From contig JAKMXF010000299.1 in assembly GCA_024704765.1 (NCBI GenBank), positions 558,001-622,000 of the forward strand: DNA of 64,000 bases, in the 5' to 3' direction. The stretch is from Oopsacas minuta. Its lineage: Eukaryota; Animalia; Porifera. The notes beneath the pieces were generated by a model, which had not been told where the DNA came from, ran no database searches, and saw nothing but the letters and a program-made list of their open reading frames with translations. Made by a program: the position numbers and the translations under genes. Shown in pieces: positions 11,601-25,876 of the stretch. Positions within the stretch are counted from its first letter, which is position 1. Each line of letters begins with the position of its first letter.

Positions 11601-14600
11601 GTAAGAAAATTCCATAGGTATGGCTATGTTTCTGAGTCTGGGTGGACAATTAATTTCTAGGGTGGACATTTGCCCAACCTATAGTGGCCCGGTGAGTCTA
11701 TAGTATATCGATCAATAGTATAATCCGACAGACTAAGAGCTTAAACTTGTAATGGAGTCAAGATTCTTTGTCAGTATTAAATTTCCAGTAATTTGTTTGG
11801 TCACATGAATATATTCGTGCCAATTGAGAAAGGATGTTGCCACACTCCTGAGACATTCTAGGATAACGCCTTTTGGGCTCAAATGTGCCCATATTTGAAA
11901 AGAATTCAATATTTAAAGTCAAATTGGAGAGGCTTGTATTTGTAGGGTTGAGGGTTCACTCTGTTATTTTGACATCTTTTACTTTTATGCGGTTAGATTC
12001 AATGAGTTTGCCATGTACATAGTGGAAGATGAGTACTAAGTTTTTCATCTGAGGCAGTGGAGTAGGACCCCGTAAATAGTTGGGGACTTCACAACTATAG
12101 CCTGAACAGAATTTTCCTCCGACTTAACTAATGACCCACTAATAATAAAAGCAAATTTGACAATTCAGGTAGTACTTACTCTAAAGTAGTTAAGGTATAT
12201 AATAATGATATTCCTTAATTTAGGCTTCTATGGCAAGTTTCATGCTTTTTATGAAAAATCGCACAATTCGATGATTTTTCAAGAGACCGATTTTTATCGA
12301 ATTAGTTCTGATATGGTGTTCACTGTTGTCTAAGTGCTTGTATATTCACGATTACGATAGTTGGGAAGAATTTTACCGAGACTGATCTCCGTACCTCTTG
12401 ATCACTCCGTTGTTGTTGGGTGGTTATTTCCTAGCGATAATGTCAGTGGGCGAAGCGTTTTTCTCGAATCAGTTAATCTATGAGCGTTCATTGCTGTCTC
12501 TATTTGTATCAGATCTCTGTTAGCAAATTCACTAATGAATTTTTTATATCTCGCTTAATCATTATCACCAACGAATGAACTCATTTCGCATGCGAATAGT
12601 CTTTACAATAACTTGACAAATCGGCTAAACCAAATTTGGCTCAAAGCTGCACTAGGGTGTGCATAAACTTTTTAAACAAGTGAATTGTGAAAACGCTTTC
12701 GACATAGCTATCTCAAAACTATTTGATAGCTCAAAAAGAAATGAATAAATAAACCCTAAAACTGTGGGGGAGCTAGAGCCTCCGCAGGACCCCTGTTCCG
12801 ACGCCCCTGATTGTGACAGAGACGCACAAACAGGCCCAACGGAAGCAAATAATAAGTGGTAAGGCAAAAATGCTAAGTATTCATGGCTGCCCTATACAAT
12901 TGTACAGGGCAAGCCAAAGAGTGGTCATGACCGGTTCCGCTGGCCTTGACTGGTAACAATTTGACATAATGCAGAGTTCCCAATAGACATTGTCACATTG
13001 GATAATCCATTATCCGAACGAAGTATATTTCTGTAATTAACCATGAAAATTATGAAATTATTATGACGTAACATTTGAATGTAAATTTTCATCTGAGTTA
13101 TAAACTCTGTATTTTGCAATTATAGTAAAAGTTCTCACAAAAACAAATGTTGCAATTTGTTTAAGGTTGGCCCTAAATTTTTCATAATTTTCCTAACTAT
13201 ATGGTGGTTTCCAATAAGAGGTGATTTTGGCGAATAGTAATTGTATATATTCCATAAAGTATACGTGTTGATAACTCATCTCATTAGTTTGAAATTTAGG
13301 GTTGAATTTAAATGTTTTGTCATAGCATTCTAATACTACACTAAGGTAATGGCACTGGGTATCTCTGAAGATTATTGCGAAATATTGAAAATGACCATAT
13401 ATGGGCATATTCACAATTACTTCACATTGGTAAGAGTTATCATATCAACATGTATTATCAGGGTATGGGAAGTTGGATGTAGACTATATAATGACTATCC
13501 TGATTTTACAATATTTCCATGATTATCGAGTTTAAAGTGGATATTGGCAAAACATGTGCTATCCATGGTTTGTGCTATAACTCAGAAACTTTATCATGAC
13601 AAATTTTTATATTTTGTGTAGAAACGATTTTTGGAACATGGATTCCGTTTTATTCATTTGTGTCCTCTAATAGGAAACAGAATCTCCTCTATATGCTTTG
13701 TGTCCAAAGGCAAAACTAAAGAATTGCATCCAGCCTGCAGCATCAAGATTAGATGACAGTAATGGGAGTGAAGAGCGTATTGTTGGTCGTATCAGAGATA
13801 TTCTCCTATTAACTGACAACAATAATGGTATGTAGTATTGATATTGACAATTGGTGTCCATAAATGACTATATACAACTACTTTAGACTTTGTGACGATT
13901 CTATGTCAGAGACTAACTAATTTATTGAAAGAAAGACATGATTCTACTTATGAAACTAACATTGACTGGTTACGACAGACAGCTAATTGTGGAGAGGACA
14001 TACAATCTTCTGGGACATTCCGTAAAGCTGTTAATCTCCGAATTAATAATGCCATTATACCACTCCTTGCTGAACTAATTGCTGTCATGGATAGAAATGG
14101 AAATCTAGAATTAGCTCTCAACAATCAGGATGTACCTGTGAGTCTTGTAAACTTATGGTATGATATATTCAGGGACGATCTTCTGTTAGTATTGAAATAC
14201 AAAGATATAATGTCTCTTAACACATTACAGCCAAGGATTAGAGTACCTGTGTTGAATGATGGAGCTAGTGGCAATTACTTCACAGCTCACTTTCCTTTCT
14301 CTTGGCTGGTTAATCAGTGTGCATCAGATGTATTGTCACAAACGAAGAATCTAGCAGGTTACTCATTAGACTTCTAGCTAATAGATTATAGTTCAAACCA
14401 ACAATTTCAATCAACGAAATAACAAAATAAAATTGACTGTTGGTTGTGTAAAAGCAAGGTTTCTGTGGAGCATAATTTCAATTCCCATACCTATTTCTGT
14501 GGGAAATCCCTTATGTATTCCCATATCCACGGCAACCACCATGTTTTGTAGAAATCGTTCCCTAAAATTTTCTTTTAAGCAGCCACTTCGAGATCCACCA

Positions 14601-17600
14601 ATCGAGACACATTTACAGTTAAGGTTTATACGACTTTTATTCATATTCATGTCAATGCAAAAAATCTGAACTTTTTCTAATACTGGGTCTCAATATAGCT
14701 ATTTAATAATAAGATCTAGCGTATTTTGATGTGTCATTTTCGTTGACACGTCAAAATACACTTTGTGCCTTTTTGGTTCCGTTGTTAGTTCCAAAATTTT
14801 CTACTTTATATAATTAGTTTTTCTTAAAATCTGAGATTTCCTATGATGGCTGTTTTTAAGGATAAAATCGGAATTGGCCAGATTTCATTTGAAAATGCTT
14901 CCCAATAAGCAGAGACCTTATCCTGCTTCTACTGTTAACAGCTATATAACAGCACAGAATATTTAATATCTTTTTTTACTATTTAGGCACATGTCCAGAT
15001 GGCTTTTGGATGCGTTTTGAGTCTCTTTTCTCTAATACACCCTTAGGACAGATGATAATTAATAATTTATTGATAAATGATGACAACTCTCAACTCTTTC
15101 AACATTATCTGAGAGATTTCATTTTCATGAGTATATATCCACGTGACCTAAATCAGTTCGAGGTTTGTTGTTGTATATTCTTTGTACATTTGTTAATTAC
15201 ATTTGTAGAGCTGGTTAGGCAATGAGTTACCCAAAATTATTACAAAGTGGTTACAACATATATTTTCATTATTCGTTCCTGAATTCAAATTCATTTTAAT
15301 GTATACGGTTACATAATACTCCCAAAAGCTGCTGCTATTCAAATTGGATGTAAGAATCTAACTTCAAATGTTATGAAATACATTATTTACAAAATAGGAG
15401 CAATGAAGCATAAATCGTCCCAAAATCAATATACATATTCTTTTGAGATAATAAATTTAGTTAGTATTTATATATTTGTATCACTTTTAGGTTTATGAAT
15501 TCGTCATATTGAATTGTATCCGGAATTATATTCCAATTGATGGAATGGAAGAGGATCCGAGTAATTATTACGATGACAAGCTCTCAATTCCTAAAATTCA
15601 TTGTGCTTATGAAGACTCAAAACAGTTGTTAGATCTGTTGAAACAAGCATTTTCATATGATGAGAGACTAGCTGCTAAATTAAATGCAGTAATAGCTGTA
15701 TTGAAGGAAAAACGAGACAAGAAATTACAATGTTTAGAACTAGTTTTGTTAGAAGAAATCATAACTGTTTGCTCTCATAAGGCAGAATGTACTGCTAGTA
15801 ATAAATTAGCAGAGAAGTATGTGAGTGATATCATACAGTGGCAATCTGTTATAGAGAGAGGATTGAGTTTTAACCAATTGGATAATTCTAGCGAAGAGCT
15901 CAGGTTAAGCATAAGGTATGAGTGAACTCCTTCATGTACTATTCCATACGGAACAAACCTTACTTTTGCTTTATATTTTCGATCTGATATTTCTGATTTA
16001 ACTCACTTAATACTCTTCTATAATGTTAGAATGCATTCCATTCTTTGCTGTAATATCTATTCATTCTACTGAAATGTTTAATATGTATTTGTCTATACTC
16101 TATAGGTATAAATGGAACCGTATTGTGGCCGTTCAGTTATTTATCAGTCATTGCTCACTTGGAGATGAATTTCATGTAACAGAAACAAGTATTAGCAGAT
16201 TATATATGGTGAATGATTTTTGAATGTTTGTGATATTTATTATATTTTAGTTATCGTATTTGTATATTTTTTAGGAATTTAATCCTTCCAGCAACTTAGG
16301 TTGCTATACGGGGTTTCATTACTAATCCCCACCAAACAGCAACAATAGTCTTTTTTCAAAGTTCCCTAATTTCTATGTTGCTGATTAGAATAACCTTTCG
16401 TTTTGTACTTTAATTCATTTCAGTCATTTAGTCCATCTGTTTCGTGTTTATCTATTTATGTTTATAGGTCCTTGGAGAATGCCCAGACTTTGCTTCCGCC
16501 GAAGTGATTACACGTGTGCTATCCATATTATCAAATTGTTTAAAGAGAATGAGTCAAAAGTAGGAATATATTAGAAATTTATTTGTTTATGATTAACATT
16601 TACTCAACGTTACATCTTTTCTCAATTTTTAGGAGCTCTGAAATACAGAGTATATTCAAAAATCATGCTACAAGATTTTTCATCAGAATTCTAACAGACT
16701 TAACTTTTAAATATTTAAGAAAAGGAGATAAAAATTCCGATCTCATCAAGTTATTGATGGGATTTGTTTCATTAGACGAGAAGAACAGTAGAATTCTAAA
16801 TAGTGACACAGGAAATATTAATATATTTACAAAAGAAGGTCTCGATCCTTCTCCAGCTTTCAGGACATTTTTGTTACAGCTACTAATCAAGCACAGGTAA
16901 TTCAGCAGACAATTGTGTTCTTCCGGTGCGCCATGGCACACGCGAGTGTCTAATAACGTCGTTATTGTGCCGCCAAAATGTTACAGGTCCATTACATATG
17001 ACGTAACAAACTATTGCGTAGTTTCTGGACTTCTGGATAAGAAAGTCCTAAAGGTCACGAAGAACTGCTCTTTAACACCAATAGTTTCATATTTTGTTCT
17101 AATTTTAAGCAATTTTAATTTCGCGGTTTCGCTGTGTGCTGTGGTGCATTCAGTGATTCTCCATCCAAGTACGTACTGTTGATTTACATATCAGTGTTTG
17201 AATTTGTAATTTTGTATGCTAATTATACATGGATAAGATTATTTAGAAAATATGGCAGTACAAATTTCGACAATGCTGATTTTACTATACAAAGCTAAGC
17301 CTGAATTGGACCAAATTTTGTGTATTTGTATTTGATGTTTGTGTATAAGTTATCAATATTTGAATAGCACTTGTGAATCTATTTTTTCTTTGCTTTCCAA
17401 ATGAGAGATGATAAATTCAAAACACAACTTAGTGGATCATTTGTTAGTTACGTAGTCTAATACATTATGTAAATCCGTACTATATGAAATGAATAGATAT
17501 ATCAAAAATCTATTCCTTGATGTTGCGGCCCGTTATCAATTGCAGGCGCCATCTGGACAAAATTGCCAGCGGCACTCTGGTTAGGCAGAGGCACAACTAC

Positions 17601-20600
17601 GTTCCCTTCCTTGGGTGGGCAAAGATGACGTCTCTATACTTTTGGATTATGTTTCATATCCTGTATAATATAGACAAGATGTATTTAAAGAACATATTAC
17701 TGATTATTTAAGAGATACGGTATCTACCTACACAGACAACTTATTGAAGAGAGACCTCTTCCTCTTGATTATTCAATCAATCGAGGTAACATTGACTGAA
17801 ATGACATATCTTGTATTTCTCTATTGTATAATGACTCAATATTAGGATTCACTTTATCAACAATATAAACAAGAATCGAATCTCCTCGAATTTATGCATT
17901 ACCAAATTCGAAATGTGACAATTCGGTACCTTGCTAACGATACCATCTCTTATGAATGGTTGGAGAAAATTGCTACTTTGAGGTTTATGTGTATGCACAC
18001 ATCTCATTGGATTATTGAATGCTACGACCTTCTCAGCACACATGATAATATACAGCTACAAAACTATGTGTTGGTTGAGAGACTGAGACTGATTAATATG
18101 TTTAAAGATATCTGTTTGTTGGAGGGCTACGAAGATTTACATATATTTCTCTTAAAGAACATATATCATCAGCTGGGGAGTGATACACTGCATGTGATCA
18201 CTCGTTGTAGTGAGTGTGTTTGGATAATACCTGAACATGTAATGCACAAGATGTCTCAGGTTTGTTTGAGACGTTTCTGCTATATAGAGAATAGAATGAT
18301 GGTAGATACTGGGGTTGTCAATAGTTTTGTAATGTTGTTAAGTGCCTACTAATTGTCTTATTGGGTCTTAGGCGTTTTCGAATTTCTGTTGGTTGGTGTA
18401 GTGAAACAAGTTATTATTTATTTTGTATTATCATTACTAGTTACCGGCTATTATACCTGACTACTTTATTATCTACGGAGAAGATTACCTAAGAATTACC
18501 AGCGCAGTTGAACAAGTTAATTTATTGCAGAGCAAACACGCATTTTCTCAGTTCTTCAATTCGGAAACTGTAAGTTTGACAATTTTTTATTTAATATGCT
18601 TCAATTAGAAGACAAATTCGTTTAACGGTGTGCGTTAACTGTTAAGTACAGTAGGCTCCGCTTTTAATACAGCCAGAGTTAAAATCGTCTGGTCCCAATG
18701 TGACCCTATTAAGCGTAATCTACTGTATATGTGATTTTATTTTGCACGTTTGTATACCATATAGAAACCTGATCCAAGTCTTACAGAATGTTTAATATAC
18801 TCAATCTTCCAAGAAGTTACTAAATACTTCAAGAACCAAGATCCTAAAGATTCACAAAGTCTTGATCAGGTAATATCATTACCAACTATTCAGAGACTTA
18901 AATAATTTATTCTTATTCTATTTGCTAGGTTTTATTGACTGTTAAAAAATTTATAAACACAGGTCCATTACATATGACCTCAGAACTTAAAGATCTAGCA
19001 ATCCAGATTACAACAAATAACTTTGGAGATGGACACTTACGCAATCTAGAACTTAAACATAATTCTAATAATCATGAACTATTCTTGATTAGATTAATCT
19101 TCCACGGAGCTGTAATGCTGTCATGCGGGAAATATCACAAGTTATTCCAACCTATCGCTCTGTTATATTCTAACCCTCAATCTCTACGAGGGAGACTGTT
19201 TCCTACTATGATGGACGATCAATTCATCTATACAAAATCATCAATGACAGAAACTGGACAATGGTACCAGTGTCCTAAAGGTCATCCTTACTTTATCGGA
19301 GATGTACGTTAATGTAATTTTATTTATTTGGTAACAAATACTTAAGTATATATTTGATTATTGAAATTCTTAAGTAATATTCAAATTTCTTACCTTTTTG
19401 AATATTTTACTGTTCAGGAAATTCCCATTTACCATCTCCAGGAATATATTGTTTTGAAAATATTTTTCAACTCAATACTTTTCTAGTACTGTTGCCAATA
19501 ATGTCATTAATAGGGATGGAAACAGCAAGATTAATGAAAAATGAATATTACCACAATACAAGTATAATAATCCGTATTTCGAGATTCAAATTCATAAGGT
19601 CTTCTATCAATTGGCATTGGGTCGACCGGTCGATCAACCCTGACCAGTTCCATCTCTGGACTATGTTTGTATTTTGATTGGATATTCAAGCAATATTTGC
19701 AATTCATCATACGTGTATATTATTAGTGTGGAAGACCATCTGTTACAGATATATGTCCAGATTGTCGCAGTGCAATTGGGGGAGCTGGTTATATGTTAGA
19801 AGCTAGAAACACCACTGTGGATATTGCTAGAGACGAAACGAAATCTGGATATCTACTCAGGAGAGTTAATAATGATAAAAAAGATGTTACGTCAGGAGAA
19901 AGGTATATTATATACGATTGGTATAAATTTGTAGTATTTTTAATTGTGTTTACAGATCACTAGATCCTGCAGCTGTTAAGATAATACGCATATTAATGGA
20001 CATCTCCTTTATTTGGTCATCTTGTTCCAAACATTCCAGAATTCAAGTTCTACTATCACTTGTTAACAGAATAGATGAATCAACTCTTCTTCCTACCTTC
20101 TTCTACCAGCATCTAGAGAAGGACATCAAGGATTTAGCTGTACTTATAGGACAAAACTTTGAAGAAGCTACATTCCTTATCCATCTTATTGTGAAGTTAC
20201 TCATGCAGACAGCGAGAGAGACATGTGAGTATTTTCAATATGTTTATATATTATAATCCATTGAAACCGGCTCTAAACGGATATTAATACTGAGCTAAAT
20301 ATTATAGAATATAACTTATATCTTTTCTAAAGTTTGTTTGTATTTACTGTGCCTAGTATTGTTATACCAATAAATGGTGGACACTTCTCAACATAAGTAT
20401 TTCCAATACATTTTAATAGATTACACATAATTACAGTCCAAAATGAGCTGTAACCTTTAGCAGGAAGCAGGATATTATTTTGAATTAGGAAGAACTGAAT
20501 ACAAACTTGAATGGCAAGAGGCCGTTATTATTGTAGAATTCTTCTACCACACAGCTTTAAGCCATAGAAACCTATAAGGTGTAATTGAAAATTATACATG

Positions 20601-23149
20601 TGTACATATGATTGGACATAGCCTATGGATTGGGGTTTTCATAGTTGTCATCTATTTACCTCTTACTCACGCTAAATTAATATTTCTATATTCTCTCAGG
20701 TAAAATTCCTACTAAACTAACAGGACGTGAGTTAAGAGATCAATGGGAGAAAGAATTTGACAAGAAATTCATCCGACCTGTACTCAGCTCTCTTCATACA
20801 GATGTGCACAGACAGATGGAGCAGGTACTCAGTGAGAAAAGGATTGCTAACAATCCATTACTGAGGTTACTTTATTGATAATACGTACTACGTATCTCTT
20901 AATTATATATATTGAGTTTATTTACCTTATAGAATTGTATACGAGAGAGAAGAACCAGAACCAAACAATATATTACCTCATCTTTGGAGGTACAGAACTA
21001 TTGTAAGTCTAGAGCATTTCTCTCAGAGTTTCAGCACAGCTGATATCAACACCAAGCACAATTGTCCGTTAGTAGACAAGTTTCTGAGAGAAGAGAGGAA
21101 ATTATTCGTGACCCGTTATCTACCAGATATTGTACATCTACAGAGGAAAGTGAGGGACAGACTGCTACACAGATTAGACAGGAGAGAAGCTACTGCCACT
21201 ACTATCAAGGATTTCTTAACTAAAATTAGTATCTCTGGTCAGTATAATGTTATATGTCTGGTAGTATTTGATGGAAATATGTTGTTAGCTATTTTATCTA
21301 TTTGTAGATAAAAAAGAATCTGAAGAGCTAGGTAAACTGATTGAGAGTATGGCTACAGCATGGAGTATGATTGGAGAAGACGTGAGGAATAATGGACGTC
21401 TCAGAATGGATGAAGCTCTCAAACAGGAAGAAATAACTCCTGCTACTTCTTTAGCTTATTTACTACCTTCGTCAACTGCAGAAGGAGTTCTTATAACCTC
21501 ACTCACTGACTATCTAGTACTGATACATAACTCTTTTGTACACACATACATAGACAGAGTTAATGGGTACATTTCTTATTTTATTTAGGGATTTATTATT
21601 CGCTTTAGCTTATAAACCTGTATTAGATCCCGTAGTGGTAAGATAGCACTCCATCAATTAGATGCTAGCCATGTGATTGAGTATGATGATTATTTACAGC
21701 CTATGCTACTAGCGCATTCTCACTACTCACTAGCTTTAGGACAAGGAAGTCACGTCAAATACGACTTTGAGGGAGTGGAGAAGCAATTCATGGACCAGTT
21801 TATTCAAAGTAAGCCCCTTATCATGGCAGAACATCTCCGATTCGAGTATACCCGTGAAGCCTATTGTCTTGACGTGTTTGAACAGGTGCGCCATAAAGTT
21901 AAACAGGTGAGTCGCTTGTGTGTACTACATCATCAATTATCTCAAACTACACACACATAACTCTTCTTAGACTGAAGTTAAGGAGATGTTATGGAGAGCT
22001 ATACTGGAAGATTTAGACTCACTTGAAGTGGTGAGTGATGTACTCCGGGTATTGGATGTAGTTATTGGAATCTTATCTTCTGCTGGTGGTGACTCTGAAC
22101 AGAAGTTATCTTCTTATCTTTACGACGTTTTGAAGTACTCTCCTGTCTCTCATGGAGCTGGCCCTCTACAGAGCAGAAGAGTGAGTTCTAATCTGTCTGA
22201 TTTGTTCATTTAATATTTGCAACATTATGTGTACTCTTCAGGCGGAGGCAGTTTTGTATCTGAAACACATTATCAGTTTCTGGAATCTCCTCTCAATAGA
22301 GAAAGCTAGAAAGCTATCAATCCTCGGTCAGGTGTGTTAAGTAATGTTTTAGACCTTAGATTTCAATACAATAATTACAATTCTATGTAGATTCCCTTCT
22401 CATCTCTGAGTGATGAGTTCCAAGAAGATTTAAGTATGGAAGATAAGATGCAAATAGAACTTTGTTGTGAAAAATTCTCGGTAGAAAAAGTACTGACTTA
22501 TCTTCACGAGTTTATTCTATTCTTTGTAAGGGAGAAAGGGCCTGATCAGAGAAATTATGGGTGAGCTGGCCATTCTAATACAGCAATAATTACAGGAAAC
22601 AGTGGCCGATCTATTCGAGCAGCGGTTCCCAATATTATTTCTCCTGGACCCCCTATCTATCTTTACACTTTCTGGAGACCCCCTTCCATTAACTACAATC
22701 CCAATTTTGAGATCCTGTGCATCCCTGCTGTTGTTCGTAGACCACCAGGGGTGTCCATTGTCCCCAGATTGGGAATTCGCTGTTTTAGAGGCAGTGGCAT
22801 ATTGTATCATATTGTAATGAGTAGAAATATATATAACTCAGATATCTGAGCATTAAATCATTTTACTCGTTATAATTTTTACCTATCCAATGATAATTAT
22901 GCTACTCGTATAGAAATAATATTTGGATACGTACTTCTGTTAGTACTTACTACTTTTTGGTTCCCGACGCGGTACCTATTATCCGAGTACTTTATTTCTC
23001 ATAGTCTGAAGGAAAGCATTATAATAGAGGCTGAAGAGAAAGGTTCAAAACTCCCTGAAGGATTCTCTCACTTCCCTGACAGAATAAAGTTATCACAATG
23101 CGCTGCTTTTTGGGCTGTATTAGCTAGAAAAGAATTTTTATTATTGTAA
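2620..23149 (+). CDS. RNF213: RNF213/mysterin-like AAA+ ATPase and RZ-type E3 ubiquitin ligase (main body, multi-exon)
   Basis: Walker A motifs GETGCGKT (7930-7953) and GKPGSSKS (9025-9048); Walker B motifs FFDEAN and VLDEVG; RZ finger CPKGH-x6-C-x8-CPDC. The first exon ends at 11298 (GTGAGT donor). I traced 22 further phase-consistent GT-AG exons: 13674-13827, 13887-14357, 14987-15162, 15491-15915, 16106-16175, 16468-16559, 16633-16896, 17713-17785, 17846-18259, 18441-18569, 18765-18869, 18929-19303, 19727-19902, 19956-20224, 20700-20865, 20933-21237, 21308-21566, 21627-21906, 21971-22180, 22242-22331, 22391-22560, 23005-23149 (TAA). Total is about 5,116 aa if fused with 767-2620. Confidence 0.93.
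13390..13610 (+). repeat. Dispersed repeat, second copy at ~50720-50960
   Basis: Shared blocks such as catatgg(g/t)cat(a/t)ttca, agggtatgggaagt(t/c)gg and ataactc(a/t)gaaact..ttatcatga occur in RNF213 intron 1 and in the intron of the 50.3-52.3 kb pseudogene. Confidence 0.55.
18649..18725. mobile_element. Tc1/mariner-pogo-type MITE (77 bp)
   Basis: TA|CAGTAGGCTCCGCTTTTAAT ... ATTAAGCGTAATCTACTG|TA: imperfect terminal inverted repeats with a TA duplication. Confidence 0.65.
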
Positions 23150-23775
23150 TTGTACAAATTGCATTTAATATATTTATTGATTAATTTTGTTTTATTTCTA
23201 TTTCTTTTGTTCAGAAATGAATACGTAAATACGTATCCTTCTGTTTTTATTCTTCTCTGTAAAATTAAAATTATTTTTGTAATTTAAAAAATCCTAACTC
23301 TTAACACTGCAACTAAGTATGACTGCTATACCAAGCTAAATTCCCTCACTCACATTCGGGCGGGTGTAAGCAAGGTGAAGCCTGCTACACCGACCACTAG
23401 TGGGTCCGCCTTAATTAGTTCATCACAACTTACCAAGGAGACCACCAGCAAGAACACGAGACCAGCTAACGCCTCCACACCCAACAAGAAGTTACCTAAC
23501 TCCTCAACTTGGACACCAATTGCCTGCCCGCCACGAAACTCTAAATACTTTGACGAGTTATCAGACAAGTTACAGCTAAACATCTCAATCTCAGCCGAGC
23601 CTACACCAAGGAACCAAATAACAATAACTACCCCAAAATACCTGCAACCGGAAGATAACATTTTCACACTTTTGAATTAATCATATGTAAATTTCTAGTT
23701 GTTTTTATGATTATAAGTGAACAAATAGTTCAAATATATATTTATTAATTCATTTTTCAGTTTTATACATTGTCA

Positions 23776-23860
23776 AATTTGAGGCACGAAGTGCTGAGTT
23801 ACATGCGAACACAGATTGTTCGCAAGCCGCGCAGCGCGAGCAAGCAAAGCAGCTCATTTC
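23776..23860 (+). repeat. Dispersed repeat family B (gaggcacgaagtgc...cgagcaagcgaagc); other copies ~26092-26165 (+), 39430-39515 (-), 41905-41945 (-, decayed), 52820-52900 (+)
   Basis: Recurring GC-rich motif aaatt(c/t)gaggcacgaagtg..gagt..catgcgaacac...cgcaagccgc.c..cgcgagcaagc.aagc. It often sits next to the tttgtttactttata motif of the Helitron-like family. Confidence 0.7.
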
Positions 23861-25819
23861 ATTGTAAAGTTCATTTAATTCTGAAAAGAAGTGATATAGT
23901 GTTTAGGGTAGTGTGGAGGCGCGCAGATGTTCATTTAGCACCTGGAAGTGTGTGCAGTACCCAGTTTGACCATAGTTTTTGAAAAAAACTACTTTCGGAA
24001 AATTTATCCTTGAATATGAAATGGGTCAACTACTTGTGAATATGGCACAACAACATCGATATCTGATCCACAAATCCTCAAATGTTTGTAACATGTACTT
24101 ATAGTATGCTGTACACCAAATTCCAGGCTAAGGAAGATTTTTCAACAGCAAGCATTGTTGATGACGTCATATTTACAAAATTAGACGCCATACAGTAATT
24201 CTGACCAATTAAAACGCGGTATTTAGAGGATGATGGATATTCCTGCTCCTTTTTGCGATTATATACAGAATAAGATGAATAGCTGCTAATTGTTATATCC
24301 GTACCACCCTCTTATGGTGATATCCAGGAATTTCTAAAATTCCAAGTTAAATAGCAATTTCAGACTTCTCTTAAGAAGATGGTAAAAAGGGTACAGAATT
24401 GAAATATTTTACTGGATTACTTGTCAAATCCTAGGATAGTTGGTGTATGAATATGTTTATGTATATATGTTAGCATTTGACCTCTTAAAATGTGTAATGT
24501 TTCTATGAAATGGAGTTTTATTTCCAGGAATTTTTTATCCAAAGGGTTTATATCAGCGAATTCCAAACTCTTGGCTGCCTTGGTGTTCCACGGACGACAG
24601 CATGGGTAATGCACTCTATGTGAAGAGGTCCTAATAGATTGTGTTAAATTTGGTAGAGGGGGTTCACGGGTAAATAAGGTTAGGAATTGCCTGTCGAGAT
24701 GGAGGCCATGGAGCGTGCGACTATAAGAGATTGGGCGAGGGCTTTGTCTCCAGGAAAATAATCAAAAAGGGCTCAATGCCAAATTGAGCGCTTTACCAAA
24801 ATCCTGTGAGAAAATCTGCCTGTGCAACTGGTACTTTCTTAGAGCTGCTATAATTTAACCGGAAAACATCAAAATCTGTGGTGCTGGGCTAAGGATTTTT
24901 GGGTCCAAATTTTGTCAAAATTTTGTTTGTCATATCCGGAAATTCGTATTAGCCATGTTCGTATTTCCAAGATTCCCCCCTGTAGGTGTAAATCCAGAAT
25001 TTTCAATTTCAGATTAAAATTTAGGTAAAAGGAACTGAAAGTTGCTAATATTTCAATTGATTCTCAAGTACATCCCTGGGTTTCTTGTAAATATCCGTGA
25101 TGAATTATTAGTTGCTAAAAGAATTATCAGTTCAAATGCTACCAGTTAGCTTTATTAACAATGTTTGTCAGAAAAGACCACCCCTGGAAAAAGCCACTTA
25201 TGACCATAATCACCATATGTGACTTTACTCCTGGCCCATTTTGTAACAAGTTAGAGACTGATTTTCTAAAGATATGATACTCTTTTATTACCTGTCATTG
25301 TTGAAATTTCGGGCTATAGCCCTTTTACACAGGATTCCTAATGTTAGACAGAGGTTTGTGGAATATCAACTTAATGAACTGACATGTTTGTTTATATTAT
25401 GAAAGAGAATATCACTAATAACTAATCGATCGTATCAAGCATTTCATGAATTGATTTTACACAGTTAAGAAATAACATCTTATATTTACTGAAACGAATA
25501 ATTATACGTAACCTAATTTTACCTAATCAGTAGAAAAGGCAGAAAAGACCGGTTTTTTCCACCTGCCCAGCTCTTGTCTAGAAATGGCGGGTTTTTCCGA
25601 ACACTGTCTATTAAGGTTTCATTGTATACATAATTGACAGCTTTTTGTATTTTAGCAATAAACCATTTATCTTCACTTAATTGTAACTATCTAGTACAGT
25701 ATACAATCCGAAAGTATGGATATGATGGAGGCCATTGAGGTAGGTTGTTACTGTTAAACGAATAATGTAAATGTTGCAACAAATCTATATTATTAAAAAC
25801 TCATTTATTGTTTGTGTGT

Positions 25820-25876
25820 TTTGTTTGTTTGTTTGTTTGTTTGTTTGTTTGTTTGTTTGTTTGTTTGTTTGTTTGT
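25820..25876. repeat. (TTTG)n microsatellite
   Basis: About 13-14 perfect tandem TTTG units, seen directly. Confidence 0.95.

Noticed and set aside
23350-23680. Overlapping 101-aa and 105-aa ORFs in a C-rich patch
   Set aside because: Non-ATG start, low complexity and no recognisable domain; possibly a retroelement remnant, but unsupported.
24417-24614. 65-aa minus-strand ORF
   Set aside because: No motif, partner exon or family that I can recognise.
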